From: Takakia lepidozioides
Lineage: Eukaryota > Plantae > Bryophyta
Direction: 5' to 3'
Length of the DNA: 64,000 nt
Assembly: GCA_030704615.1 (NCBI GenBank)
Contig: CM060734.1
Coordinates: 59,706,001 to 59,770,000 of the forward strand
Both the position numbers and the translations under genes were made by a program. Under the pieces are notes generated by a model. The model did not search any database. It saw nothing but the letters and a program-made list of their open reading frames with translations, and was not told the DNA's origin. This document shows, one piece after another, positions 22,810 through 35,990 of the stretch. How positions within the stretch are numbered: position 1 is the first letter of the stretch; each line of letters begins with the position of its first letter.

Positions 22810-23010
22810 GCTGACGTGGCAGTTGACGGACAGTGCCACGTCATCATTTACCGCCACATCAGCATGCTGACATGACGCTCACGCCACGTCAGCGTGTGTG
22901 CAGGCTCACGCCACGTCAGCTGGCGTGAGCGTACGCTCACGCCACGTCACTCCTGCGTGAGCGTACGCTCGCGCGCTCACGTGCAACGCTCACGCCATTG
23001 CGTCGTTGGG
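22810..23010 (-). repeat. MULE right TIR and subterminal repeats
   Basis: Multiple GCTCACGCCACGTCA / GGCGTGAGC units followed by the TSD. Confidence 0.75.
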
Positions 23011-23249
23011 GTCTCTTCATGGGCCATGAGAATAACTTTCCATATGTTCCTTGAGAGTGGTCTGTCACTGCCATTGCCACTGCTCCTCTGCCACTTTTGT
23101 TATATGTGTTGTACAATTACTGTGGGAGCTATGAAGCTGGTGGGGAATGGTCACAGCTTGTCACTGTTGCACAAGATGAAGCTGAATCAGATGGTCCGAC
23201 TTCATGATTGACAGCACAAATCATCAAAGCTGGGCTGGCACCAGATATC

Positions 23250-25010
23250 ATCATGGAGACTTCCCTTGCTGCCAGTATGCCAACTGTGGGAGCATGAAAG
23301 GAAAGGGAGATTGTCAACGCCCGGTGTGCAGGCGGCCTGAAGACAATATCCATTTTCTGTTACAATGTCCGAGGATGCACAAGGAGTGTTCGACACCATG
23401 TCTCAACGAAGTGTGGTCTCATGGAATGTGATGATTAGAGGATATACTCAGAATCAGTGTGGTTTGGAGGCTTTCAAGATCTACAAGCAAATGGTACAGG
23501 AAGGGGTGATAGCCGATCAGGTCGCAATCTATGCATGTGCCAACCTTGAAGCCCTGGAAAAGGGTAAAGAGGTCCATTCTAACATCATCAAAGCTAGAAT
23601 TGCTCCAAATATGTCCATCTTTTGCAGGAATGCACCAAATATAAAAGACCTTGCAGCTGGAAAGCACGTGCATGCCCACATTATCTGAAATGGATTCAAG
23701 CCATATGTTTGTCTACAGAACACCCTCGTCAACATCTATGCCAATTGTGGGAGTGTGGTGGATGCACACGAAGTGTTTGAGAGAATTTGTGAACGAGATA
23801 TGGTTACCTGGAGTATGAGAATGGTAGGATATGCTAGACATCAGTGTGGTAAAGAAGAATTTGAGATCTATAAGCATAAGCGAAATGTGATCCCTTTCAA
23901 CATGATGATTGAAGAATATGTCCAACATGGGTTTGGTAGGGATGCTTTCCAGATCTATGAGCAAATGCAATGGGAAGGGGTGTTGCCCAACAGGGCCACA
24001 TTTGTTTGTGTTCTGAATCTATGTGCTGGCCTAAGAGCGCAAAGAAGTCCATGTTGACATTATCAAAGCTGGAACTATGCCAGATATCATTCAGGATACT
24101 ACCCTTGTTGACACGTTTGCCAAATGTGGGGGCATAGAGAATGCACATGAGTATGCACGGGAAACTTTCCATATGTATGGAAAATGCAAGAGGAAGGGGT
24201 GGCGCCTGGTAGGGTCACTTAAATTTTGTTCTCAATGCATGTTAGGAGCCACAAAAAGATTGTGAATTGGTCCATGTTGGCCTCATCGAAAATGAAAACC
24301 GGTTATATCGTTTTGGAAATTGCCCTTGCTGACATGTATGCAAAATGCAGAAGCTTGGAGGAAGCACACCAAGTATTCAACAATGTGGCTCAATGAGATT
24401 TGGTCTCATGGAATGCTACGATTGCAGGATATGGATAGCATGGATGGTGTGAGGAAGCCCTCCAACAATTTGAACAAATTCAATAGGAAGGCTTGAAGCT
24501 GGATGGTATCACATTTATATCTCTTCTTAATGTAGTCATGCAGGATTAGTGAAAGAAGACCGTCACTACTTTGATTCTAGGAGTCAAAATCATGGCCGAA
24601 TTCTTACATTTGAGCATTTTGGCTGCATGGTGGACTTCTTGGTCATGCAGGACGATTAGATGAGGCTGAGGATTCCATTAACAAAATGGCGCCAATTGAA
24701 CCAAGTGCTTCGGTGAGGGAATACAAAACTCAGCCAAGAACTGCTTCAGCTCAAGTACTAAGCTTGCAAGAACTCAGATACATAGTTGATCTAAGACTCA
24801 GGTTGAGACCGTATTGTGGCTGTGGGTGCACTGCAAGTCTCTTAGTGCGAATGGGAGCTTTGTCTAAGAGAATGTACTAAGAAGAGAGTAAGAGAAAGAA
24901 AAACCAAAAAGCTAAAGACAACAAAGAATCGTTAATGGTTCAACAAGGCAAACAAGGGCATCCCAAGTAGCATCACTTGGTGCCTGCAGAATTCATGGTA
25001 ATGTGGTGCT
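23250..25010 (+). pseudogene. Degenerate PLS-E class PPR gene
   Basis: VVSWNVMIRGY, GKEVHSNII and YANCGSVVDAHEVF repeats. E-domain text (HFGCMVD…GHAGRLDEAEDSINKM…EPSASV; LGACRIHGNV at ~24975) is split by a ~250-bp insertion. Many stops and frameshifts. Confidence 0.85.
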
Positions 25011-25129
25011 AGCACAATGTGCAGCTGGTAGGTGGGAGGAAAAAGCAATTGTGAGAAAAATGACGGAGGAGAAAGATGTCAGAAAAGAGCAAGGGCACAG
25101 CTGCATCGAGGTCAACAACCAGGTGCATA

Positions 25130-25820
25130 CATTGCAGAAGACAAAGTGCATCTGCAAATTCAAGGGATCCATGCAGAGTTGACAAGCGGGTCCATGCCGA
25201 AATCAAGATAGCTGGATTTGAGTCAGATCTCCCAAGTGAGCAATGGCACTCTTGTCAGCATGTATTGCAAATGCAGGAATATAGTGAATGCGCACCAAGT
25301 TTTTGACAATATGCATACACGAAATGTGATTTCATGGACTGCGATGATTGCAGGACTAGCTGAGGAAGGGCATAGCGGAGAGGCAATTGAATACTTTCAA
25401 CAAATGCAACAGACATGCGTGAAGCCTAACAAGGTCACCTTTATGAGCATCCTCAAAGCATGTGGCAGCCCAACAGCTCTGGAACAGGGCAAGCATTTCC
25501 ATGCGAGCATCATCAAGGCTGAATTTGAGTTAGATCTCCTTATGGGCACTGCCCTTGTCAGCATGTACTACAAGTGTGGGGATGTGGTGGATGCAAGCCA
25601 AGTGTTTGACAAAATGCCCAGGCGAGATGTGATCTGATGGAATGTGATGATTGCAAAATTAGTTCAGCAAGGCAAAATGCAATTGAATTCTGGCAACGAA
25701 TGCAACGAGAAGGCTTGAAGCCAAATGAGATCACATGTTTGAGCATCCTCAATTCATGGACCAGCCCACTAGCCCTGGAACAGGGCAAGTGGTTTCATGC
25801 AGACATAATTGAGGCTAGAC
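25130..25820 (+). pseudogene. PLS PPR fragment
   Basis: LVSMYCKCRNIVNAHQVFDNMHTRNVISWTAMIAG…PNKVTFMSILKAC. Confidence 0.85.
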
Positions 25821-25862
25821 GAGCACTTGTTTATTTATGTTAGGAAACAGAATGGATGAGTG

Positions 25863-25944
25863 AAGGAAACCGATAGATTGATGAAGCAAACTGATACTTA
25901 ATTATCAATGGTAAGGTAGCTAAGATGAATGCGGAAAGGGAAAC
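25863..25944 (+). repeat. Short fragment of the family-2 Gypsy LTR
   Basis: Near-identical to ~56510-56592. Confidence 0.75.
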
Positions 25945-26999
25945 AGCCAGGTGGCCAATGCCCTTGTCAGCATATATTGCAACTAGTGCAAGGGGTTTGT
26001 GAATGCATGCCCCCTCAAGGGCAGAGCTATTTTAGATACCCATCCTTATAGTAGGTGGGCGTACGATTGTTAACCCCCATTGTTCAATGTGGGAGGGAGA
26101 GATGGTGATGGACTCAACTTTGACTTGCTGCATTGGCTCAACTGGCACATTAAATCCATTTTTTTGTCAGTATCATGCACCCATAAAAGGTTTTCAACTG
26201 AATTATTTGACCAAAAGGTAGCATGTCTGGTTTTCCTTGCTTCCACTAAGATATCATGCTTCACTACAACAGATCCCGGCTTTTACGTCTGCTATTTTCC
26301 AGTCGTATCAGCCTTTTATGACTGCATGACTGCCTAGTCAGATAAACCCAGTCAGTTGTGACAAATGAGTCGTAAGCACCATAGAGTCGTATCTGCCAGT
26401 CGTGGAGCTCATTGTTGACGTGGCAACGGGGACGCCTAATCATAGTCATTGATAAGACCGTAGTAAATGACTGCGAATCCATGTCAGCTTCACGTGGAAC
26501 GGAAGGGATATGCTACGTGTCACGTCAAAGGGAAGGCGACAGGGTCTTTACGACTGGCATATATGACTTCCGCAGATTAACCCCAGGACAACACGTGGAG
26601 AAGACTGGACATGACACGTGGAATCAAATTATGTTGGATGGGGGTGGTCGTTATGACTGGAGCATATGACTTCCATGGCACACTCTAGATACTGCACGTG
26701 GCACGAGTATGGGCAAACACGAGGGGTGAAAGTGGCACGTGGCGGAGGCTCTGTGGATGGGAGGTAATCATGTACATGACCGTAGTCATGGGCCTAACTC
26801 TAGCAGCATTGAAACATGAAAGCACATTTGAAATTGGAACATCGATTCAAATACAACGTGACTTAATGTTCAAAGATTTGTTCCATAATCTAATCCGGTG
26901 CTGCTACAAAAATGCACAAAGCTGCAAAGTCTATGTAGACTTCCAAATGCCTGAGCAGAAGATGCATACACTGACATCTCGCGAACTTCAGCAATCCAC

Positions 27000-29900
27000 T
27001 ATCTTCATTAGCAGTGCCTGATTTTATCAATTGTGCCGCTGCTGCTGCGGCTTCCAGTTGACCATTTACCCATGCAGGTTTCTTCTAGCTATCCTTCCAC
27101 AATGAATCATAGGTAATTTGGAGCTTGAAACTCCAGCCCTCTTGGATGAATCTGCACCCACACTCTATCCCTGCTCCTTCAGCTATCCATGCCCACGAGG
27201 GTATTGTTCAGAATCACATCTGGTACAATTCCAGCTTTGGTGACGCAACCATGTACATCTTTGCATGTGCTTTCCAGGGCTGCCAGGCTTGCACACGCAC
27301 TGCAAACACAAACAAACATGATGTGGTCGAGCTTCACCCCTTCCCCTATCATTTGCTTTCAGGTCTCCAAAGCCTCATCCCGCGCTCCTGCTCTTCACGC
27401 CCTCACCACAAGGGCATATTTCAGAACGACATCAATTCAATTCCAGCTTGGACGATGTCACCACAAACCCCGTCTTCACTCATTGCCTACTCTAGTTAAG
27501 TGCAATTATGGGCTAGGCTGATACCACATCTCATTCAGCCATATTATCAAACTGCATGTCATTTGTATCCTTGTAGTTGTACCCAAACTTGGCATACATG
27601 TCCACTACGGCAACATTCAGAATCACATTAGATACAATACCAGTTTTGACGATATTACCGTGGACCTCTGCACCATTTTTCAGGGCTGCCAAGCTTGCAT
27701 TTGACATACATATCCACCAAGGCAGTGTTTAGAGACATCTAGTGGTACAATTCCAGCTTTGACAATGTCACCATGGACCTTTGCGCCCTTTCCAGGGCTA
27801 CCAGGCTCGCATTTGACATACATGTACACCAAGGGAATGTTCAGAATGACATCAGGTACAATTCCAGCTTTGATGATGTCACCATGAACCTCTTGGCCCC
27901 TTCCCAGGGCTTCTAGGCCGCTCGCATATGTATATTACAAACACAAATGAACATGACCTGGTCTGGCTTCATCCTTTCCCACATCATTTGCTCTTAGGTT
28001 TCCAAAGCCTTAATCCCACACCCATGATGCACATACCTTGCAATCATGGCACTCCACAACACCACATCTCATTTAGCCATGTTGTCGAACTCTCCCTTTG
28101 CATCAGGCTTGCTGCACCCACATTTGGCATACATGTCCACTAGGGCAGTGTTCAGAATGACAACTAGTACAATTTCAGCTTTGACGATGGCACATGGCCA
28201 AGAGTTATCCCAATATCCCACTACCAATGAGTTCAATGCATATCCTTGTCACATTGGCAGTATCATGTCAAAGTCACTCCCTACTAGATTCAATCAACGA
28301 CTAACTTGCAGAATTCAACATGAAAATTGAGGGCCGATTGTGATAAGAGGGGAAAACAGGGTGAAATGTGTTGAAGAAGGTGCCTTCATTAGTAGTGCTT
28401 GATTTTATCAATTGTGTTGCTGCTGCTGCGGCTTCCAGTTGACCATCTATCCATGCAGGTTTCTTGTATCTATCCTTCCACAGGGAATCATAGGTAATGT
28501 ATAGCTTGAAATCCGGCCCTCTTGGATGAATCTGGACACACACTCTATCCCTGCTCCTTCAGCTATCTATGCCTCTACACAAAACCATGCATACATCTTT
28601 GCCTTCCTGCTAGCAGTTGACAATGACAGCCTCCCCTAGAATTGTTCCAGCAAACACCCCCAACCCTACTTATCAACGAGCAACGAGCTAACTTACAGCA
28701 TTCAATATGCATCTCATGGCCGGGTCTAGTGAGAGGACAAAACAAGCTGAAATAGGTCGAAGAAGAAGGTGCCCAGGTTTCTTGTAGCTCTGATCCACTG
28801 GGAATCATAGGTAATCTTGTGCTTGATATCCTACCCTATTGGATGAATCTGTACCCACACTCTATCCTTGCTCCTTCAGCTATCCCAGCCTCTGCACACA
28901 TCACGCATACATCCTCGCCTTGCTTTGAACGGCTGACAATGACAGCCTAGATTTGTTCTAGCAAACACCCCAACCCTACTCATAACACACTAGTTCCTAT
29001 GCTGAATGGCGTCTGCTTCTCTCTGTATTGTAATTCCTCGATCGTCCCACCATTGACTGGGGTCGGAAAAATATTCCTTCCACAGCTTCTCCTTATCCCT
29101 GTATGTTCTTGGATACTTTCCTGTTGCCACATTGGCAACATGCCAAAAACATTTAGACCGCCATAGATCAACCCAACAAGCTAACTTGTAGAATTCAACA
29201 TGGAAATCAGGCCGGTCGACTTTGATAAGAGGGAAAAACAGGCTGAAAAGTGCTGAAGAATGAGCCGTTACCACTTTGTCCTTGACCTCGTGTCATGGCA
29301 GCTAGCTTTTCTTTCAACCATAGAGGATTCAACCGACCATCAACCCAAAAGAACCTCCTGTGTGTGCTGCTTGTGTCTGTAGTCAGGTGAACTCGGATGG
29401 GTCTGCGAGGAAAACCACCACGGTCCAGCTGAGCAGCCATAGATTTAAGCTCAGCCTCCTAAGACCAACCTGACCCTCCCAAGGACCTTGTCAACAAGAG
29501 GAAAGATACCAAATCATGATACTAATAGTAAGAACCCACATTTGCAGGATGGACAAATTTCTCTGCATTGTACATTAAGAAAGTCACACCTTGCAATTGC
29601 TTTTGTCCCACCATTGATGAGGATCTTTAGAAAACTCGTGCCAGCTCTGCTCCATGCTCTATAGTAGACCTTTGTGCCCAAAATTCGACAACATCAATAT
29701 TTTGACAAATTCCCTTCTGTAGGAGTCCTAGTGCTCTTTCAACAACATTCATTGCAAATCACTTTGGGCTCCATTAGATTCTACACAATGAGGAACATTG
29801 GAACATGTCCAAACTTACACAATAAGCCTATGTCTGTAGTCTGGAGATCTTGGAGTGGTCTATGAAAATGACCAGGGAGCAGCTGAGGAGCTGCAGTCTC

Positions 29901-30230
29901 AACCCTCCCAAGTACCTTGCAAACTCAAGGGAAAACACCTTGCGCATCCTACTTTCATGCCCTGCTCAGCAAGGACAACCTCGATATGGACAGTAAAAGC
30001 ATTTTTCCTATAACACAGCGAGATTCTGACTTCACTGACTTCACTCAACAACAGTATGATCCAGTCCACACCATACGACCATACCAGAGTTTCCTCAATC
30101 TCCCTTTCTCATCCTACATGAAGAAAGCTCACCTTGTCAAGGCTACTATTCCACCATTGTAAAGTATCTTTAAAGAACTGTTGCCAGCGCTATTCCATGC
30201 TCCAGCGTTGACCTACACGCCAGATATACC
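27000..30230 (-). pseudogene. Scrambled OSB-type PDF-motif exons interleaved with PLS PPR repeats
   Basis: LWKEYFSDPSQWWDDR (~29050-29090) and HPRGPDFKLYITYDSLWKDRYKKPAWIDG (~28440-28530). PPR units GKEVHGDII/VKAGIVPDVILN at 27180-28190. Confidence 0.75.
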
Positions 30231-30819
30231 AATTATCGGCCTTGCCTAACGACCCGTGCACTTTCTTGCATCTTTGCGTTGAGTACATCCGTTTCTACCG
30301 AATTGCGCAAAAGACAATTCCGAGCCTGGATCCGACTGTGCATACAAACACAAAAAAAAAAAACCGCGAAGTGTTTTGTGTAATTCACTAGAAGTATTCG
30401 TGTCTTTTCCGAATCGACTGGGTGTCCGCCAACCACTCCAAGAACCACTTGGCAGTAAGCGGGACTAGTGGAGAGTGGAAACAGACAATGTGGGCCCACG
30501 GGGGCATTTCAGACGGCGGGCAGAAGTGGGGTCAACGACTCTGGGGTCGTAGCAAAAATCCGGGCTATTTAATTAATTACGTAAATACATAAAATTTGAA
30601 AAAGTGGAAATTACATGTGGTTCTAATTACTGCACATGCGACTAGAAATTTTCATTCATAATTCGATTAATGGAATAAAGATATTTATTCATTAAAGTGA
30701 ATATGTGGTCGACTCAACTACTCCATGAACCACTGCGCATTGATTGCACCCGTGATTCGGGGCCACATTTGCTGACGTGTGTTTCACAAGAACAGGCTAT
30801 TGCCTCCACCTGGAAGTGA

Positions 30820-32240
30820 CAGGTCCATGGTGACATCGTGAAAGCTGGAATTGTAGGGTTTGCCATTCTGAACACCGCCCTGGTGGACATGTATGCCGAA
30901 TGCAGGAGCATTGAAGCGAAGAGTTCGACTGTGGCTCAACGAGATGTGGTGGCGGGGAGGGCGATGATCGCATTGGTAGCAAGGCAAAGATGTATGCATG
31001 ATTTGTGCAGAGGCAATGATAGCTGAAGGAGCAGGATAGAGTGTGGGTCCATATTCATCCAAGAGGGTCAGATTTCAAGCTCCAGATTACCTATGGATCC
31101 CTGTGGAAGGATAGCTACAAGAAACCTCCATGGGTAGATGGTTAGCTGGAAGCGGCAGCTGTAGCGGCACAGTTGATAAAATCAGGCACCTCAACCATGA
31201 CCACAGCTTCTGGAAAGAGGATCAAGAGAGGGAGTCCACAATGCCTCTTCTGGCACTTATGGGCATGTGAAGATGCTTTATGAGGCAGGCAGATTGAAAG
31301 AGGCTCTACAGATTTTAAACCAAAGAGGCATTTCAGCATATGTAGATACGTATGTGTGTCTTTTGCCTAAGTGCATCAAGATGAAAGGCCTAGAAGTTGG
31401 AAAGCAGGTGCACACTTACATTATCCAAAGTGGATTCACGCCGAATGTTTTTCTACTCAACAACCTTGTCAACATGTATGTTAAGGGGAGATCATGGATG
31501 ATCACCAAGTGTTCAACACAGAATGCCTCAATGATCTTTGATCACGTGGAATATAATGTTGGCAGGATTACCAAGCATGGGCGTGGTATGAATGCTTTGG
31601 AGACCTATAAGCAAATGATGAGCGAAGGGTGGAGCCCAACCACATCGCGTTTGTATATGTTTGCAATGCGTGTGCAAGCCTGGAAAAGGGGAAAGGGTCC
31701 ATGGTGACATCGGTCAAAGCTGGAATTGCACCAGATGTCATTCTGAACACTGCCATGACCTGGACATGTATGCCAAATGTGGATGCATTGAGGATGCAAA
31801 GGGAGTTTTTGACTCTATGGCTGAACGAGATGTGGTGTTGTGGAGTGTGATGCTTACAGGGTATGCACAACAGGGACGTGGGATGGAGGCTTTGGAGACC
31901 TATGATCAAATGATGGGGGAGGGGGTGAAGCCCGGCCACTTTGTGTGCATTTGCAATGCTTGTGCAAGCCTGGCAGCCCTAGACAATGGCAAAGAGGTGC
32001 ATGGGGATATCATCAAAGCTGGAATTGTACCAAATGTCATTCTGAACATTGCCTTGGCAGCTTTGGAAAAGGGGAAAGAGGTCTTTGGCAACATCTTCAG
32101 AGCTGGAATTGTACCAAATGTCATTCTAAACCATATCCTGGTGGACATGTATGCAAAATGTGGGTGCATTGAGCCCTAGACAAAGACAAAGAGGTGCATG
32201 GGGTATCATCAAAGCTGGAATTGTACCAAATGTCACGGAC
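30820..32240 (+). pseudogene. PDF-motif plus PLS PPR pseudogene
   Basis: HPRGSDFKLQITYGSLWKDSYKKPPWVDG lies directly upstream of LYEAGRLKEALQIL…TYVCLLPKC…GKQVHTYII and further PPR repeats. Confidence 0.8.
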
Positions 32241-32439
32241 ATAGCCCAAAGAAATTTATCAGGAGTAAATACCAGAAGTTACCAAGTTATCATGTTATCA
32301 GAAGTTACCATGACTTACCATAATTTACCATGATCTACCATTAGTTACCAAGTTACCGGGAGTTTATCAAATTACCAAGAATAACTTGGGAAACTGCTCA
32401 GGAAGCTTCCTTTGGAGGAAACTTCGCTTGAAGTGAAGC

Positions 32440-33935
32440 TTAAAAACATGCATCACAGATTGTTTTCAATGTCATCCAGTCTCCAACGAATCCTGTTGGT
32501 GGGAACTCCTTCTCTATAAGACACAGAGTGAGAACTGCTTCAGTTCTCAATTCCTCATACTCTACAGGATTCACCACTTTTGCACACAACTTCTTAAATA
32601 CACGACATACTCGCAAAATGGCCCTTCGAGGACCACTTGCCATGAGCCCACGGATAGCAAGCGGTATAATTTGCTGCATGAGCACATGATAGTCATGTGA
32701 TTTCATGCCAAACAACTTCTTCTTCACCACATGCTTTTTGAAAGCTGATGCGTAGCCTGTTGGCACTTTCAAGTTCTGCACAATCTCCAGAAAGACTTGT
32801 AACTCACCCTCAGTGAGGACATAAGGGGCAGGAGGCATAATTAACATATCTGCTCTGTCAGGATCACGTTGTAGCCACAATTCCGGACGCATCTCAAGTA
32901 GCTCCAAATCACGGCGAACTTTCAATGTGTCTTTCTCACCAAAGATAATTTTAATAATATTTTCAGCCAAGTTCTTCTCGCAATGCATTGCGTCAAACGT
33001 GTGGCGGATGAGGAGACCCTACATAAGCAATTGAGCATTTACTCATCACAATTTAAACAGAAAACGCAAAAATGTACACAGCCAATTTAAAGGCCATGAA
33101 GGAATTACCTCCCAATAAGGTAAGACATATAAAATTGACAATCGCTTAACTCCATGAGTTTTTGCTGGGTCTGTCCTGCTATCTGGCGTCCCTCCGTTTT
33201 CTACCCATGCAGTGCGAGCTGTTGCAAGCTCCTTGATTTGTGTTCCAGTCTACGTTTTTGGAGGAGTTCCATGCTCGGTAGCGCCATTGAACATTCTTGA
33301 CCTTCTATATGGATGATTGCGGGCCAAAAATCTTCGGTGGCCTAGGAAAACAATTTTTCCACATGTGTGTAACTGCTGTGAAGTCACCCCGGGTCCACAA
33401 GCTGGACAACCAGCTTAACCTTTCGTCACTTGACCTGAGAGCAAGCCATATGCAGGGTAGTCATGGATTGACCACATCAACACTGCCCTCAATATGAATT
33501 CGCGTTGATCACGAGGACGGGAAACATCATGAGCTGCAATCCCTCTCTGTAGTTCTAGTAGCTCTTCCACTAGGGGCATCAGGTAAACATCTACGTTGCC
33601 CGAGGTAACAGACTCCTTACCAGGAATCAGTAGCGCTAACATGACAAAGAACTTTTTGGTCATTAACCACGGAGGTAGATTGTAATTGACCAAGAGAACG
33701 GGCCATGTGCTCCAACTTGTGGATTGAGCTCCATATGGATTTACACCGTCTAAGGCCAATCCAAATCGCAGAGATCGTGGCTCTGCAGCAAAATCCTCAA
33801 ATGTGGTGTCAATGTGTCTCCATGCTTTGCTATCAGCTAGATGTCGAACCAACCCATCATGGCTCTTATGTCTGTCGTGCCATGTCATGAGGTTAGCGAT
33901 CGATTTACATCGGTACATACGTTTCAACCTTGGAA
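32440..33935 (-). pseudogene. CACTA transposase (TnpD / Transposase_21-DUF4218-like) fragment
   Basis: PRLKRMY…MTWH…HLADSKAW…FGLALDGVNPY…STWPVLLVNYNLPPW…IHDYPAYG; MHCEKN…GMKSHDYHVLMQ…EKEFPP. Confidence 0.92.
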
Positions 33936-35672
33936 TGACAGGTTTTCATGGTCAATATTTCCTGATGCTAACGGTCGTCCATCGATGACTTCAACAGGGG
34001 CCGAGAATTTCCTTCTTACGAGCGTTAAATTGTATTGCTTTGCAAAGTCTCTGTCAATAAAACACGCTGAAGCGCCTGAGTTCAAAAGTGCTTCTACGGA
34101 GATATCTCGATTTTGCATCCTGATCTTTATTGGAACTGCGAAACAAGGTATAGGGTCTGGAGGTAGAAAGAAACATTTTTTTTGTGAGGAATTTGGAGTG
34201 TCCAGCCGCATGGTCCCTACTGTGACTGGACATATTCGTTTTCCGACCTCCTCATATCGAACACTTGAGTTGTGCCCCGAGCTTTGAATCTTCTCTTGTT
34301 ATGGCAGTTTAATGCTATGTGATCATCTTCTCCACAATAAAGGCATAATCCATTCGAGCGCCGTCTTTGTTTTTTTTGTGGCGTCAATGGCTTGAATCGG
34401 ACAGCATCAATCTGCATATGATAATTACCGGATATCTGGTGGATCGTTGTATTTAGTGCCGTAGTAGCAACGGCATGGTGCGTCGTCGACCATCCAGATC
34501 GCTTCTCTTGACGTCTTTCGAACAAACGATTATCGCATGCAATGACTTGGGTGATGAATTTGCTGAGTGTAGTCACGTTTGGCATTGTCAGCAACAAATC
34601 TTTTACATCCTCTTTTAGGACACATCGAAACTGACTAATGAGACTCTTCTCATTCCAGTTGAGGTCGCATGCAAGTTGTCGAAATTCGGCAGCATAAACG
34701 GAAGCAGGACGTGCTCCTTGTCGAAGATTTTGCATCTTTGTCTCTGCAACTCTCTCTTTATCATTCTCTCCAAACGTTGTAGTGAACTCGGACATGAATG
34801 CTTCAAAATTGTATAATAAATGTGAATTTTTTCCTAGTAACGGTGCAAACCAAGATAGGGCAGTGCCTGATAGAAGGGTGCCCACGAATCCCACTTGAAT
34901 ACCTTCATCAGGGTAGCGTTGTGGATGTAATCGTAGGAACAATCGTACTTGTTGAACAAAACCGCGAAATCTTGATCTCGTCCCATCAAATTTCTTGGGC
35001 ATGCTGACCTTTGGTTCTTTTGTAATCTGTTCAAGATTTGGAGGAATCGTGTAGTAGGATTTGTTGTAGTAGAGACTCGTAAAGTTGAAGATCCATTGTT
35101 CGACTTCTTCAACTCTGAAATTTGTTGTTGTAAATTGTTGAGAGCGTTGCCAAGATCTTGAGACTGATCAGCTTATAGTTGGGCAGTAGAGGCACGAAGT
35201 TCTTGCATCTGGAGCTGAAGACTCTACAATGTGGCGACCATTTCCGCAAATGTGTCTTCCATCTTAACTAACTAAGGAACAAACTTTAGTCTCGCCAAAC
35301 TGTCAAGAACGAGAACATGACTGAACACAAACAAGAGATCAAACTAGAGGTACAAGACTAGACAAGAAGTCAAGGTCGGTGTGGCCGAACACATGATGAG
35401 TAAATAAAAATCAAGACGATCTTTATAACAATGAACAAGAATACAAAATTTTGGAATACGACTTGAATACTGGAATGCTGGAAACTAGACTGGAGTACCA
35501 GATAGTGGAAACTGGGCTAGAGTACTGGGAACTGGAAACAATAGTAGATTGAACTGGTGTTGGCGAGACTGAAGAGTGTCCAGTCTTGCCTCCTATATAT
35601 ACTGGCTACTAATAAGCTTCCCTAAAAAGCTTCCCCTATAGAGGTTTCTTGATGGAGAAGCTTCCTTAAACA
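33936..35672 (-). mobile_element. Truncated Tf1/Tcn1-like chromovirus-type Gypsy (5' LTR, gag, protease)
   Basis: LTR 35301-35672 (TG…CA on the minus strand) with TATATATA at 35594-35601. Gag PKKFDG…LRQG…CLYCGEDDHIALNC; protease ALLNSGASACFID. Confidence 0.8.
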
Positions 35673-35990
35673 AAGGAGGTATCCCCTGGTTTGTACTTCA
35701 TAATCCTGACATCGACTGGCGATCACGAAAAATTTCTGCAAGACAAAAATGCAAAAGTACCAAAGGTATTCAACCCCTGTTTCTTGGAGCTAGAGCCTTA
35801 ATGAGAGCTACGAAGAAAGACGCGACATTTGTACTTTATGCGACTCCGATCAAAACCACAACAGACCAAGGTACTTCGACATTATCTACTCAATATCAAG
35901 ATTTCAAGGATGTCTTCGAGAAGAAAAATGCAGACATATTGCCACAACATCGACCTTATGATTGTGCAATTGAGTTACAAGAAGGAGCTC
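35673..35990 (+). pseudogene. Chromovirus-type pol fragment (protease end and RT lead-in)
   Basis: GIPWFVLHNPDIDW; YQDFKDVFEKKNADILPQHRPYDCAIEL. Confidence 0.8.

Larger units (their letters stand above)
1079..23010 (+). mobile_element. Mutator-like (MULE) DNA transposon with two cargo genes, ~10.6 kb excluding the nested retrotransposon
   Basis: Flanking direct repeat GTCTCTTCA at 1070-1078 and 23011-23019, extendable to GGGTCTCTTCA. Imperfect TIRs share GGCGTGAGC-N4/5-CACGTGAGCGC. GCCACGTCA subterminal motifs occur at both ends. Internal DDE/SWIM transposase. Confidence 0.85.
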
